Shown here piece after piece: positions 1 through 10,131 of a stretch of DNA of 30,373 nt. The notes beneath the pieces are model-generated. The model was given only the letters and a program-made list of their open reading frames with translations, had not been told where the DNA came from and searched no databases. The translations under genes and the position numbers were made by a program. The stretch comes from a virus. Its lineage: Duplodnaviria; Caudoviricetes. The stretch lies in IMG/VR virus record IMGVR_UViG_3300036940_000489, positions 1 through 30,373 of that record. One strand, given 5' to 3'. The first letter of the stretch is position 1. Each line of letters starts with the position of its first letter.

Positions 1-11
1 CATTTTATAAC

Positions 12-63
12 ATTTCAAACAATTTGAGATAAAATTTCAAACAATTTAGGATAAAATACCTTT
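12..63 (+). repeat. Tail-side end: two tandem 22-bp putative transposase-binding sites
   Basis: ATTTCAAACAATTTGAGATAAA (12-33) and ATTTCAAACAATTTAGGATAAA (34-55), followed by ATACCTTT; same motif recurs at the other end. Confidence 0.85.
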
Positions 64-75
64 ATAAAGCGAATA

Positions 76-282
76 TTATTTTTTTACTTTACCGCTTACA
101 GGCTGTTGTTCTTTTTCGGGATTGTTTAATTTTAACATTCTAAGACTAATCCCATTCTGACTTGCTTTTTGTTCCAGATTGATAATCTGCTGGAATAGAG
201 CCTCTTCCCGAAGCCAGATATTTTGTGATTGTTTTTCTTTCAACTCTTTTTCTAACTGTTTGATTCTTTCTTTATCTGTCAT
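76..282 (-). CDS. Small coiled-coil protein, possible tail fibre chaperone
   Basis: 68 aa, AAGGAG SD, heptad-like charged pattern, last gene after the large fibre gene. Confidence 0.6.
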   Translation of the reverse strand: MTDKERIKQLEKELKEKQSQNIWLREEALFQQIINLEQKASQNGISLRMLKLNNPEKEQQPVSGKVKK

Positions 283-298
283 AGCAAAACTCCTTTTT

Positions 299-3200
299 TT
301 AACTTATTTGAACGCCCTTCCAAAACAACTCACCGTTTTCGGCTGTAAGAAAATTCCCACCAATATTCAATCTGCCAACCTTAAAATCGGTATCTCCGAC
401 CAACCCTATTCCGCCTTGTATTTTTTCAATAGTAGTAACGTCAATCGTTCCAAATTGTAAATTACCTACAATAGAAAAATTACCAGATGAACGTAAACCG
501 CCACTAATTGCAGATAAGTGGCACTTTAAAATGTTGTTATAGTAAAACCGAATCTGTCCGTTACTATTTATTTCAATTCTTTCACCAGTAGTATTGTTAC
601 CAGTTTTTATTAATCCGCCGACCAAATTTAATCCCGTCACTGTTCCAGTTGCAGTTATCGTTTTCGCAAATAAACCAGTAACATCTATTCTATCAGCAGA
701 AACAATTCCAGTTGTAATGTGATTACCATCAATTTGTGTTAAATTTGCTGCCGCCCAAGCAGAAACACCAATTTTTATATAAGGCTTGTTTCCTTCATCA
801 GTTTTGTAACAAATATCGCCTACAACAGCGTCTGACGGGAAAGAATCTTGTCGATAAACTGCTGACTTCCCATTAACCGTATCTTGCAAACTAACAAAAC
901 TTGTATTTCCAGCAATGTTAATATTGTTTCCGTGCATAACCCAACCATCTACATCAGCAGCCAATACAGTTAAAATCGTTTTTCCTTCGGATAACGTGAA
1001 CCCGAAACTGTTTGCAGTTTGCGTAATTTGCGTAGAGTGTTGAAAAACAATATTACCCAGATTATCAAACTCCGTCTGGCTAACTTTAGAGGAGATAGCA
1101 TTTGCAACAACTTGTATTTCTGCACTGTTATCCTGAACCGTATTACTTAAAGCAGATACAGATGATTTGCTCGCTTTCAGTGTAATAGCGTCTGCATTAG
1201 CAGAAATCCTTGTTCCCCAATTTCCATCATCATTAAAAGCAGTTAAATTAAAGTCTTGAGTATTGAAATCAATAACATTGCCTTTAAAAGATATTTTTTT
1301 GGTATCAGGGTTATACATGAGATAACTGGATTCATCTAAAGCACCTGTAAAAAAATGACCAATATTAAAAAATCCAAACTTATCAGATACCCAGTTGCCG
1401 TTTCCATCGGTATTCCAACCTTTAAAAGTCTCATTTGCAGTTACACAGCCAAAAAGATTGCCAGACCTATTAACAAGGTTACTTATGTTATCTATCTTCT
1501 CTATGGCGTTTATATTTGCATAAAGACTATTGTGAGGAGCGTGAGCATTTTCATTCCAATCATCAGTTGATTTTAGGATATAGCCCTGTTGGCTTACATC
1601 AGAAACATGGCCCGTCTGAACGAATTGTATATATTCGCCATTTCGCTCAAAAGCCTCAAAATCAGATTGCTCACCAAATACAGCTATGTCATATTCCCCT
1701 TCTGCTGGTATTCTCATTACCATAGCAACAAGGTCATAAGTATCAATCACGCTTCCATATTGGTCATAATCTTTTAACCTGGCCCGAAGAATAGCACCAA
1801 TGCCCCAACCAGGGCCACCGACTTCTGTTTCAATAGGGAAAAAGGCGCATTCTGTTCCATTGTAAAAGGTTTTAAAATCTGAATTATAGGTTGTTTTTGA
1901 TTCAGAGATATACCAGACATTAATTTTTCTTGCTAATTCAACATCTAAACTCGAAACAGGCTTGCAAGAAATATTAAAACGAATATCGTTTTTTAATCCA
2001 ACATTGCAATTTGTTTCTGAATTAATTGTTGTATGAAAAGGTTCAACTGCACCAAGAACTAACAAAGCCCTGTATTGGGAATTAGAAATAATCGCCGATT
2101 TAAAGGGAGTAATAGTAGAAAAATCAGCATTGTGATTTATTCCTGGTTCAATAGCAGTGTTAAAAGCCTCTGCTTTTCCGAGAGTGATATTTACATAATC
2201 GTCTGATTGGCCAGATATATCAGGAATAAAACTTACATTTGTTGAAAGAGCAACTTCATAATTGTCTTTTGCTATACAGGTACAAGCAAAAAAACAAGAT
2301 TCACCAAGTGTTAAATTCATAATATAATCAGAAGAAATCGCAGGATTGACAAGAAAAGATACATTTCTTTTTAATGAGCAGTCCTGATTAGTAGAAGCAT
2401 TAATATTTGTTTCAAAAATACCATTACCAGATAAAACAGAATCGGTTTCAATATCTATGTTTATATTCGTTTGAAATCTTTGATTAGCACCAAGAACCAA
2501 AGCACAATTAATCCCTGTGGACGGAGAAATATTAGTATTAAAGGCTTTTTGCAAAGATAAAGAAATATCTTGATTGGTTGATACTGCTTGAGAAGTATTA
2601 AAAGAAAAATATTCAGGAATATAAAAGGTGTAATCGGGACTTGTTACTGTATCAGTCCCATCACAAACCTGAACATACCAACTATAATCATTACCAGCAA
2701 CAAGGTTACTCCACGTTACCGAAGCCTCCGTTCCTTGAGTAACATTAGAAACTGTTCCAATAACGCTATTATCAGAAGCATTCCGAAACGTATAAGTCAG
2801 ACTATCGCCATCAGCGTCAGTGGCAGTACATTTTAACGCAACAGAAGAAGCGTCAACACGGCTATTAGAAGCGGGAGAATAGGAAGTTATAACAGGAGTT
2901 TCGTTAGGGATTGGTGCATATTCCTCTATTTGACCTACATCTCCGGTTTTATCCTCGTCCCAAATAAAAAAATTCTTAATATCTGCTTGAATATAATGAT
3001 TACGAGGAGTTCCGCCGTTTCCTATAACCAGAGGATAATAACTTTCGATATCATTACTACCTATAGCAGACTTCCATTTTGTTAAGTCATCAGCAGCCTT
3101 GTAATAACCATCTATATAGCATTTTGCATACCAATTTAACGAAGAGGTTTTTCGCCTAACCATAATAGTTATTGTATGCCAGTTTCCATCATCAATGTCT

Positions 3201-3601
3201 AAAGTTGCTCTATTCCACATAGCAGTATGCCGTGTATCAGAAGAATAAACATCAAGCCACCATTGACCATTAGTTCCAAAATCACCAATAAATCCAAAGT
3301 TTACTCCCGCTTTATCTCCATCTGCTGCAAACTGTTTACAACCCCAAAGACATTTCCGGTCAGTGCCACCAAGAGTTTCATTAATTTTGAATTTCATGTG
3401 AAAGGTATGATATTCTGCTGACCAATCCATATCAGCAGAATGTATTAATTCAATCTGGTCATCAACTCCATCAAAAGAAAACATATCATTAGCAGAATCA
3501 TAAGTTGTACCATGAAGTACAGACGTATGATTACCAATAATAGGAGTAGCCTGATTATCTGTGAAATTGTTAGCGTATATTAATCCATCATACCAAGCCA
3601 T
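299..3601 (-). CDS. Large tail fibre / receptor-binding protein (N-terminal LamG-like domain, Ig/FN3-like domain, repeat stalk, C-terminal tail-spike-like region)
   Basis: FSFDGVDDQI...DDGNWHTITI...YIDG...IGNG LamG-type motifs; NETPVI...DADGDSLTYTF...YSWYVQV Ig-like segment; eleven 20/22-aa repeats; ITTGIVSADRIDV-type C-terminal spike motifs. Confidence 0.75.
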   Translation of the reverse strand: MAWYDGLIYANNFTDNQATPIIGNHTSVLHGTTYDSANDMFSFDGVDDQIELIHSADMDWSAEYHTFHMKFKINETLGGTDRKCLWGCKQFAADGDKAGVNFGFIGDFGTNGQWWLDVYSSDTRHTAMWNRATLDIDDGNWHTITIMVRRKTSSLNWYAKCYIDGYYKAADDLTKWKSAIGSNDIESYYPLVIGNGGTPRNHYIQADIKNFFIWDEDKTGDVGQIEEYAPIPNETPVITSYSPASNSRVDASSVALKCTATDADGDSLTYTFRNASDNSVIGTVSNVTQGTEASVTWSNLVAGNDYSWYVQVCDGTDTVTSPDYTFYIPEYFSFNTSQAVSTNQDISLSLQKAFNTNISPSTGINCALVLGANQRFQTNINIDIETDSVLSGNGIFETNINASTNQDCSLKRNVSFLVNPAISSDYIMNLTLGESCFFACTCIAKDNYEVALSTNVSFIPDISGQSDDYVNITLGKAEAFNTAIEPGINHNADFSTITPFKSAIISNSQYRALLVLGAVEPFHTTINSETNCNVGLKNDIRFNISCKPVSSLDVELARKINVWYISESKTTYNSDFKTFYNGTECAFFPIETEVGGPGWGIGAILRARLKDYDQYGSVIDTYDLVAMVMRIPAEGEYDIAVFGEQSDFEAFERNGEYIQFVQTGHVSDVSQQGYILKSTDDWNENAHAPHNSLYANINAIEKIDNISNLVNRSGNLFGCVTANETFKGWNTDGNGNWVSDKFGFFNIGHFFTGALDESSYLMYNPDTKKISFKGNVIDFNTQDFNLTAFNDDGNWGTRISANADAITLKASKSSVSALSNTVQDNSAEIQVVANAISSKVSQTEFDNLGNIVFQHSTQITQTANSFGFTLSEGKTILTVLAADVDGWVMHGNNINIAGNTSFVSLQDTVNGKSAVYRQDSFPSDAVVGDICYKTDEGNKPYIKIGVSAWAAANLTQIDGNHITTGIVSADRIDVTGLFAKTITATGTVTGLNLVGGLIKTGNNTTGERIEINSNGQIRFYYNNILKCHLSAISGGLRSSGNFSIVGNLQFGTIDVTTIEKIQGGIGLVGDTDFKVGRLNIGGNFLTAENGELFWKGVQIS

Positions 3602-3925
3602 TTATAAACTCCAAATATCTCCAATTTCACAAGGAAGATTAATATTAGCAGCATGATAACAGTCGTGTATTCGTGTTCTGCAAGAAGAAAAGTCATTTCG
3701 ATTATATTGAATGTAGTTTTTCAACCAAGTGTGGAATTCATTCGCTTGCGTAGCATTGTTAAAATCAGCATTTACACCAAGCGTTATGCCAACATTATTA
3801 TTCCCATCATTCACCTCGCTATCATGGCAGGAATAATCTGACAATTTATTTTTAATAACTTCTTTATGTATTTTAATAGCGTCAGAATCTTTTCCAACGC
3901 TATTCATTTGTACTACTCTGTGCAT
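3602..3925 (-). CDS. Hypothetical protein in tail-fibre module
   Basis: 107 aa, AAGG SD, stop codon abuts the next start. Confidence 0.65.
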   Translation of the reverse strand: MHRVVQMNSVGKDSDAIKIHKEVIKNKLSDYSCHDSEVNDGNNNVGITLGVNADFNNATQANEFHTWLKNYIQYNRNDFSSCRTRIHDCYHAANINLPCEIGDIWSL

Positions 3926-3936
3926 AAATTAACCTT

Positions 3937-4725
3937 TTAGAAATTAGTTAAAATTATGTCAAAATCTCCTGCATTAAATTCAGCAGTATCTTTGTTAGCA
4001 ATATTGTGAGCCGTCGCTGTTGCCCCGTAAAAGAGGATATTGCCGCCAGTTAAAGCATCTGCTATTCCAGTAGCAACCAGACTACCCCAGGAAGCCGTTG
4101 CCTCTGGGAATGAAAAATAACTGGAGTTCTGGCTGGCCTTGTTAGCAGCGATGTCCCAGGCATTCACATTCTGCCTTGCATAGGTATTAGCAGGTTCTGT
4201 TATATCAGCACCAGTATCAGAATCACTTATTGCAGCAGTCGCAAAAAATACATAGAGATTAGTCGCTGGCGTATAAGCAGAATTCATAAAAACATGGTCT
4301 AATATTGCATTAGCCAGGTAATCACTCATTCCACCGCTGGATATTGAAATAGCAAAATCACCAACGGCAAATTTGGAATCAACGCCTACATCAATACTCT
4401 TGGAGTTATTTAATGCGCCGCCAAATACAAAATTACCACCAGTTTCAGCATCCATGATGGCAAAATGAGTAATTTCTCCCCAATTGCCAGTTGCTTCGGG
4501 GAAATCAATTACGATTGAGTTTTTCGTTTCTCTGTTAACTGCTGCGTCCCAGTTATTACACTGAACTCTAACGTAAGCATTCCCAACGGGTTCACTTAAC
4601 CCAATTCCATCAGACAAAGGGTCTGCTGTGCTTAATGCTATCCAGAGGCCAGTAGGCTGTGCTAAAGTAGCATTACCTAAAATATGGTCTAAAATTTGAT
4701 TTCCGAAACTTATACTAAAAGGCAT
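3937..4725 (-). CDS. Virion structural protein with two tandem copies of a fibre-associated domain
   Basis: Internal duplication: ILDH...EP..Y.R...W...N....FPEAT..WG...I.DA.TGGN occurs twice; AAGGAG SD. Confidence 0.75.
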   Translation of the reverse strand: MPFSISFGNQILDHILGNATLAQPTGLWIALSTADPLSDGIGLSEPVGNAYVRVQCNNWDAAVNRETKNSIVIDFPEATGNWGEITHFAIMDAETGGNFVFGGALNNSKSIDVGVDSKFAVGDFAISISSGGMSDYLANAILDHVFMNSAYTPATNLYVFFATAAISDSDTGADITEPANTYARQNVNAWDIAANKASQNSSYFSFPEATASWGSLVATGIADALTGGNILFYGATATAHNIANKDTAEFNAGDFDIILTNF

Positions 4726-4736
4726 AATTTATCTCC

Positions 4737-5168
4737 TTAAATTTCTGTTGTAGTTAATCTTCTAATTGCTTTTATCTTTCCTGCTTTTCCTGTCTGCACA
4801 GAGCCACCCTGTCCGACTAAAGCAGCATATTCCTGGTGAGGGTCAACCACTTTTTCCCTGGCCCTGACAATATCAACTTCAATGTTGGCTTTTCCCATAT
4901 CATCAAACCAAATGTCAACACCACGTCCGTCTTTAATCCCAGATTTAAAAGTTTCTGAAAACAACTCACCAAGATTTAACAGTGTATCAACCAATTTCTC
5001 AGATGAAAGAGGTTCAATAGTTGTGATTATATTTTCTACATCTTTAGACAGTTTAGACCTGTCTCTTAATCTCTCAACCGCAACACTAAGCCTTGCCCTG
5101 CCAGCCCTATCAAGACCAATGATATAATCACATATTTTTAATATATCATTAAGAGTAAAATCCATCAT
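4737..5168 (-). CDS. Hypothetical tail-region protein
   Basis: 143 aa, ATGA overlap with upstream gene. Confidence 0.65.
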   Translation of the reverse strand: MMDFTLNDILKICDYIIGLDRAGRARLSVAVERLRDRSKLSKDVENIITTIEPLSSEKLVDTLLNLGELFSETFKSGIKDGRGVDIWFDDMGKANIEVDIVRAREKVVDPHQEYAALVGQGGSVQTGKAGKIKAIRRLTTTEI

Positions 5169-6091
5169 CCCTTCTCAACAATAACACTATTAATATTTAT
5201 AGAACCGGCAAGAGGATAAAAAATAATTTCGTAATTGTGTATTTGTATCTGATTTCCGAGAAAAAAATCAACACTATAAGTATCCTCTGCGGGATTAACA
5301 AGAACCATTTTGGACGCGATAACAGAGCCATCCAATGTCATTCTTACACCACATTCAGTCCCGTTTTCAGTACCGGAAGCCAAAAAAGACACCCTTATAC
5401 GTTGCTGGACTTTTGATTGCAGGAGAATATCATCGATCGCTTTCCAGGTGCCACTCGAAAAAAAACCACTGCTCTCCATATTTTTTTCAAGTAAAATTTT
5501 ACCGTCAAGGCTGACATTCTCATCACCGTTAATAGCCATATACAATGTTTGCAGAGAACCTTTGAGAGATGACAGTTCAGATTTTATATTTTCGCATTCT
5601 GATTCAATGCCAGCCAGGTCTCCGGCAGTCAAAAACCCACTGACAGACGGAATTGATCCGGCGATTTGATCGAGCGCAATTATCAGATTCGCAATGCCCG
5701 TAACAGAATCAATATTATTAGTAGAGACCGCTGCCATCAGTCCTTCAATATAAGTTTTAATTTCACTTAGTGTTTTATGGACATCATTATTCTGGATATG
5801 CACGATCACATCTCCTGTCAGATGAGCCTTATTACTGACAATGTCCTGTTTTACCTGATTCACCCAGACATCAATCTCAGCCATTTCCACATCGCCATAG
5901 AGCATACCCGTTTGAGTAAAATAGAGATTTGCCACCGCTTCTCCGGTCTGCCATGTTGACGCCAGCAAATTACCCAAATCCCCCCAGTTTGCGTCTTTCC
6001 GAAAAATATCCACCTTATCATCGTCACCCAGTGGAACTTTTCCGCCAGCCCCGTCATCCTTAGTCAGATATAGATGTAATCTGTTTTTCAT
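5165..6091 (-). CDS. Putative tail structural/fibre protein
   Basis: 308 aa, AGGTG SD, central coiled-coil-like stretch and beta-rich C-terminus, tail operon position. Confidence 0.6.
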   Translation of the reverse strand: MKNRLHLYLTKDDGAGGKVPLGDDDKVDIFRKDANWGDLGNLLASTWQTGEAVANLYFTQTGMLYGDVEMAEIDVWVNQVKQDIVSNKAHLTGDVIVHIQNNDVHKTLSEIKTYIEGLMAAVSTNNIDSVTGIANLIIALDQIAGSIPSVSGFLTAGDLAGIESECENIKSELSSLKGSLQTLYMAINGDENVSLDGKILLEKNMESSGFFSSGTWKAIDDILLQSKVQQRIRVSFLASGTENGTECGVRMTLDGSVIASKMVLVNPAEDTYSVDFFLGNQIQIHNYEIIFYPLAGSININSVIVEKG

Positions 6092-6103
6092 TTTTTCACC
6101 TTT

Positions 6104-6553
6104 TTAAATATTATATGGAAAAACCACTGTTACAGGATCGCAAACCACAAGGTTATTTCGTGTTGTCCGATGACTTGTAGTATTGATTTGTTTCAGGTCT
6201 ATCTGAAATCCCGCCAGATGTATTTTCCCGTCAAAATTAACTTCCTGCATATCACAAAAACATTCAAACCGCTGCATAGGAATATCCTCATAAGGAATCC
6301 ATACACACTTATCGCCGGCAACCCCAAGGCTATATGCCAGTTGTTCTATCATATCCCTGTCAACCCTGGGGAACAGATATTTACCGACAAATCTGTATGC
6401 CGGCTTTCCCTGTGCCACACGTTTCTGGACATTGATGATAGACCTGGTTTCTTTCTTTTGATACTCAGTGATCCTTCCGCCCTCATCCGGTTTGGGTAGC
6501 GGAAAAACATGGTTGCCCACCAATATTACAGGTTTACCTTTACCCGGTATCAT
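6104..6553 (-). CDS. Putative distal-tail (Dit-like) protein
   Basis: 149 aa, beta-rich, coupled to upstream gene, downstream of tape measure; function inferred from size and position. Confidence 0.5.
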   Translation of the reverse strand: MIPGKGKPVILVGNHVFPLPKPDEGGRITEYQKKETRSIINVQKRVAQGKPAYRFVGKYLFPRVDRDMIEQLAYSLGVAGDKCVWIPYEDIPMQRFECFCDMQEVNFDGKIHLAGFQIDLKQINTTSHRTTRNNLVVCDPVTVVFPYNI

Positions 6554-7977
6554 GCATTCCTCTTTTCTATTTCCACCGTGACGCTATCCTGCGAGACGCT
6601 TTTATTGATTACAAACCCCAGACTGACATCGCCGACAAACACCTCGTCGTCCACATTGATAAAATCATCCCTTATATCATATCCTGCCGTGGTCACAGTT
6701 AGCGGTGTATTGATTACCTTGTTATAGTGCGCCTCCACCTCCTCGTTGACACTATACCCCACCTGGTCAAAAAATCGAAACTGGGAAGGAGCCGAGACAG
6801 ACCTGTCAAAATACCGGGAAGCCCGGGTAACATACTCGCTCAGATTATCTTTATTCAGATATTTCTTAGGCCGCTCTGCCGAGCGATCTTTGATAGAAAC
6901 AAACCCTCTTACATCAATAGACAGTATAGAATCCGACAATATACACAACCCCCGAAAAACCTCACCAATTGTCGTATCCTGAAAATCATACTTAAACAGG
7001 TCTGCTTTATCCAAAAAAAAGGCAAACAAGCCTTCTTCATCGTTGATTTTCACAGTGGCAACCATCTTGCCGGGAGCCCCCAGGCTGGAGACAATCTCTA
7101 CAGAAGCCTCATCATCAGAAACAACCCGCTTGATTTCCTCCTCAAAAAATCCGCGCCACTCATCAGTAGTTACAGCCGTGTTGCGCCTGATATAGCTTCG
7201 CGGGCTATCCTCAGTGCTTCGAAAAGGCAACTCAGGCAAAAACACCGTCCCTGTACGGATTATTTGAGTATTACCGGCAGAAAACACAAACCCATCCTTA
7301 TAATCTATCTCAAAATACCCCTCTTTTACCCTTAATGTTGAAGTATCAATATTGCATATTCTGACCTTTGATACCAGAGCGCGACCCTCGCGGTAATCTT
7401 TCTTAAAAACCAAAAATATAAGGTCTCTTTCAGAATCTCTTGAGGATTGATACAGGCCGAGAAGTTCCCAGCCACGAAACTCCGGAATATCCCTTCTCAC
7501 TGTTTGAAAAGATTGATAAGAAATAAAATCTATATTATCGATCACCGCAATATTATCCGGAGCAGAGAGAGTATCAGGTATTTCGTACTCGCTATTACTG
7601 ATATGTTTCATCGCTTTCAGAACCACAGTGCGGATGTCATCGCCTTTTTCCCGGTTATCTTCTGACATATCCTTTATCCTGGTATTACAGATAGCATTGC
7701 CGAGAGAGATACAATCCAGGGTTATTGTCTCGTCACCCTTATTATCCTCCACCGAGCGGACAAAGCCGTTAAATTTCATAGAATCATCATAGTAGAGTTG
7801 CACGTCCATTCCCCACATATCAGCGCCCAGCACACTCCCCACAGTATTGAGAAAAGACAGAGAGACATCGCCGAGCCAGTAGCAAAAAAGCATTTCAGAA
7901 TCTTTGCCTGTAGTAAAGGATATATTATCCTCCATGAAATAAGAGACATCCACACTATTTATCACACATCTCCACAT
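6550..7977 (-). CDS. Putative tail tip/hub protein
   Basis: 475 aa directly after tape measure (TAATG overlap); FNGFVRSV...ITLDCISL and D.RG.V.I hub-like motifs. Confidence 0.6.
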   Translation of the reverse strand: MWRCVINSVDVSYFMEDNISFTTGKDSEMLFCYWLGDVSLSFLNTVGSVLGADMWGMDVQLYYDDSMKFNGFVRSVEDNKGDETITLDCISLGNAICNTRIKDMSEDNREKGDDIRTVVLKAMKHISNSEYEIPDTLSAPDNIAVIDNIDFISYQSFQTVRRDIPEFRGWELLGLYQSSRDSERDLIFLVFKKDYREGRALVSKVRICNIDTSTLRVKEGYFEIDYKDGFVFSAGNTQIIRTGTVFLPELPFRSTEDSPRSYIRRNTAVTTDEWRGFFEEEIKRVVSDDEASVEIVSSLGAPGKMVATVKINDEEGLFAFFLDKADLFKYDFQDTTIGEVFRGLCILSDSILSIDVRGFVSIKDRSAERPKKYLNKDNLSEYVTRASRYFDRSVSAPSQFRFFDQVGYSVNEEVEAHYNKVINTPLTVTTAGYDIRDDFINVDDEVFVGDVSLGFVINKSVSQDSVTVEIEKRNA

Positions 7978-10007
7978 TAGCCCAGCATATCCTTCTGCGC
8001 TTTTTTATTAGCAAGGTAAATATCACCACTCCTTATAACCCCCTCAATAGGGATTTTTCCGCCGTCGATATGTATCACAGGATTTGACTGTCTGCCCGCC
8101 ATCGCCACCAATTTTTGGATATTTTCATTATTTATGATAGTTCCGGCTGTTTTCGGAACAAACATCTCTGGCCCGCGCTCACCCACCAGGGAGATTTTTC
8201 CCAGGGGAGGTTCACCGCCGTCAGCAAAGCCACCACCAAAAAGGCCCTTCAAGAGAAAACTTCCCAAACTCAGACTGCCAAAATCACCTTTCCCAAACAT
8301 CTTTAGACCGGCGAAAATCATTGACAAAGTCGCCGCTTGTGCGATCAACTGTTTTATTGTCTGCGAAAAATTCTCGGAAGCGCTATTAGAATTTAGCAGG
8401 GCCGTTGTCATTGTATTTCCCGCCAGCGTCATCACACCGATTAAGCCCTGGTTTTTTGTAAAAAGACGTGAGAGTTGTTCCTCTTCTTTTTGCAGGTTCT
8501 CTATCCGGATATTTTTGATAGCCTCCTCGATTTGCCAGTATGCCAGGCTTTCACGGTTTAATCCGCCCTGTAATTCCTTCAAATATGCCAGATACTTTGC
8601 ATTATCACCTGTTGCGCTGGCCTGCATAGCAAGCAGGGTCAGCCGATCCTGTTGCGCTACTGTCAATCCTTTCTCGGAATCCAGGGAAAAAGACCTTAAC
8701 TCCCTCTCGATTTGCCAGTATTCCACCTGTTTTTCATTCAGCCCCGTCTGGAGTGATATTAGATACTTCACGTACTCACTATAATCCTCGGTAGCCTCTG
8801 CTTTTGTTCGCAGTAGTTCCAGATGATCTTGTTCAGTCTCAGTCAGCGCACTTGCTTTATCCACTGCCTCGCTATCACTTTCCGCGCCATTGTTCTGAAC
8901 ATCCACGATTTGCAGATTGAGCAGTTTACGTTTGTTCTCATTTTCCAGCAGCGCCGTTGACAGTCGCAGTTGCTCGCCTTTCAGAATCCTTGCCAACTCC
9001 TCAGCATCCGCCACATCCTTCACATTCAGACCAAACCTCACGACAATATCATTGAGTTGCTCAAACTGTTCCTCAGTCAGTCGTAGTTCCTCGCGCCCGG
9101 CGTGAAGAGGCATAAAAGCACTCACCTTACCACCCTTAGCCATCATATCCTGTTTTTCAGCAAGCCTGTCAGTAAATGTTAATAGATCCTTATAGTTATC
9201 TATCTGTTCCCTGTACAGAGCATTCTGTTTGTCTATATTATCTATCCGGTTTTTGGCCTCCTCAGGGTCAGTGATGTCCCGTATATCTTTTAGACTGTCC
9301 AGATATTCTTTATGCGCTTTTTCTGCCTCTTCAGCCGCTTTCTCATCCTTTTTAAACCACGCTACTAACTTTGGGATCACCATCGTAGCGATTGTGATAG
9401 CTGCAATAATTCCTGTTGGCCCCATCAGACTGCTTGCCAATTGTCGAAAAATTGTCCGGTTACTGGTGCCCTCTGCCCTTAGTTCCCGCATGTGTTCCAG
9501 CATTGGCGTGATATTATTACCGATACCCATCATACCCATGCGAATATCTACAAACATCATTGGGAGATCACTCAGCGCATAAGCAAATTGGCTGCCCATC
9601 ATGCGCATATAGCCACCCATTTCCCTGGATTCCTCTTTCACAAAATTCATAGACTGGTGGATTTTCAGAAAATCCTCCACAGCCTCATCAGCCAGATTTC
9701 CCGTCGCCATCTGTATATTACGAAAATTCTCTACTGCCTGAGATGACAGTTCTCCTGACGAAACCGCCATTTTCAGAAACTCTTCCACAGCCTCATCAGT
9801 ATGAAAACTATCAGCCGTCTGTTGAATGCGAAGAAAATCATTAATAGCCTCTTTAGAAAACTCCTTTAAAGCCTTTTGAGTTGCGACGAAATCACCGGTA
9901 TTAAACTTTGGAATACTTTCCGTTTCCTTCTTCAGTTTTCCCAGACTTGCCAGAGCCTTATTAATGTCATAAATGACTTGTATTTCCAGTTGACTATTAT
10001 CACTCAT
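7977..10007 (-). CDS. Tail tape measure protein
   Basis: 676 aa, helical; LMGPTGIIAAIT segment; C-terminal GFADGG...LVGERGPEMFVP motif; follows tail chaperone. Confidence 0.9.
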   Translation of the reverse strand: MSDNSQLEIQVIYDINKALASLGKLKKETESIPKFNTGDFVATQKALKEFSKEAINDFLRIQQTADSFHTDEAVEEFLKMAVSSGELSSQAVENFRNIQMATGNLADEAVEDFLKIHQSMNFVKEESREMGGYMRMMGSQFAYALSDLPMMFVDIRMGMMGIGNNITPMLEHMRELRAEGTSNRTIFRQLASSLMGPTGIIAAITIATMVIPKLVAWFKKDEKAAEEAEKAHKEYLDSLKDIRDITDPEEAKNRIDNIDKQNALYREQIDNYKDLLTFTDRLAEKQDMMAKGGKVSAFMPLHAGREELRLTEEQFEQLNDIVVRFGLNVKDVADAEELARILKGEQLRLSTALLENENKRKLLNLQIVDVQNNGAESDSEAVDKASALTETEQDHLELLRTKAEATEDYSEYVKYLISLQTGLNEKQVEYWQIERELRSFSLDSEKGLTVAQQDRLTLLAMQASATGDNAKYLAYLKELQGGLNRESLAYWQIEEAIKNIRIENLQKEEEQLSRLFTKNQGLIGVMTLAGNTMTTALLNSNSASENFSQTIKQLIAQAATLSMIFAGLKMFGKGDFGSLSLGSFLLKGLFGGGFADGGEPPLGKISLVGERGPEMFVPKTAGTIINNENIQKLVAMAGRQSNPVIHIDGGKIPIEGVIRSGDIYLANKKAQKDMLG

Positions 10008-10034
10008 ATATCACCTTTCACATCCCACGCCCCA

Positions 10035-10115
10035 GTCATTGCGGGCCTGCCCGCCCTTCGGGAGCAGGCGGGCCTGCCCGCCCTTCGGGAGCAGGCGGGC
10101 CTGCAAAGCAATCTC
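10035..10115. repeat. Composite palindromic element: GTCATTGCG...AAGCAATCTC shell containing tandem 27-bp GC-rich hairpin units
   Basis: GCGGGCCTGCCCGCCCTTCGGGAGCAG at 10041-10067 and 10068-10094, plus a partial copy at 10095-10104. Confidence 0.85.
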
Positions 10116-10131
10116 AGAAACAACGAGCATT

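Noticed and set aside
299-6091. Diversity-generating retroelement or invertible tail-fibre cassette
   Set aside because: No reverse transcriptase, invertase, TR/VR pair or oppositely oriented fibre gene was seen.
10041-10104. 27-bp direct repeats as a mini CRISPR array
   Set aside because: Units are contiguous with no spacers and there are no cas genes.
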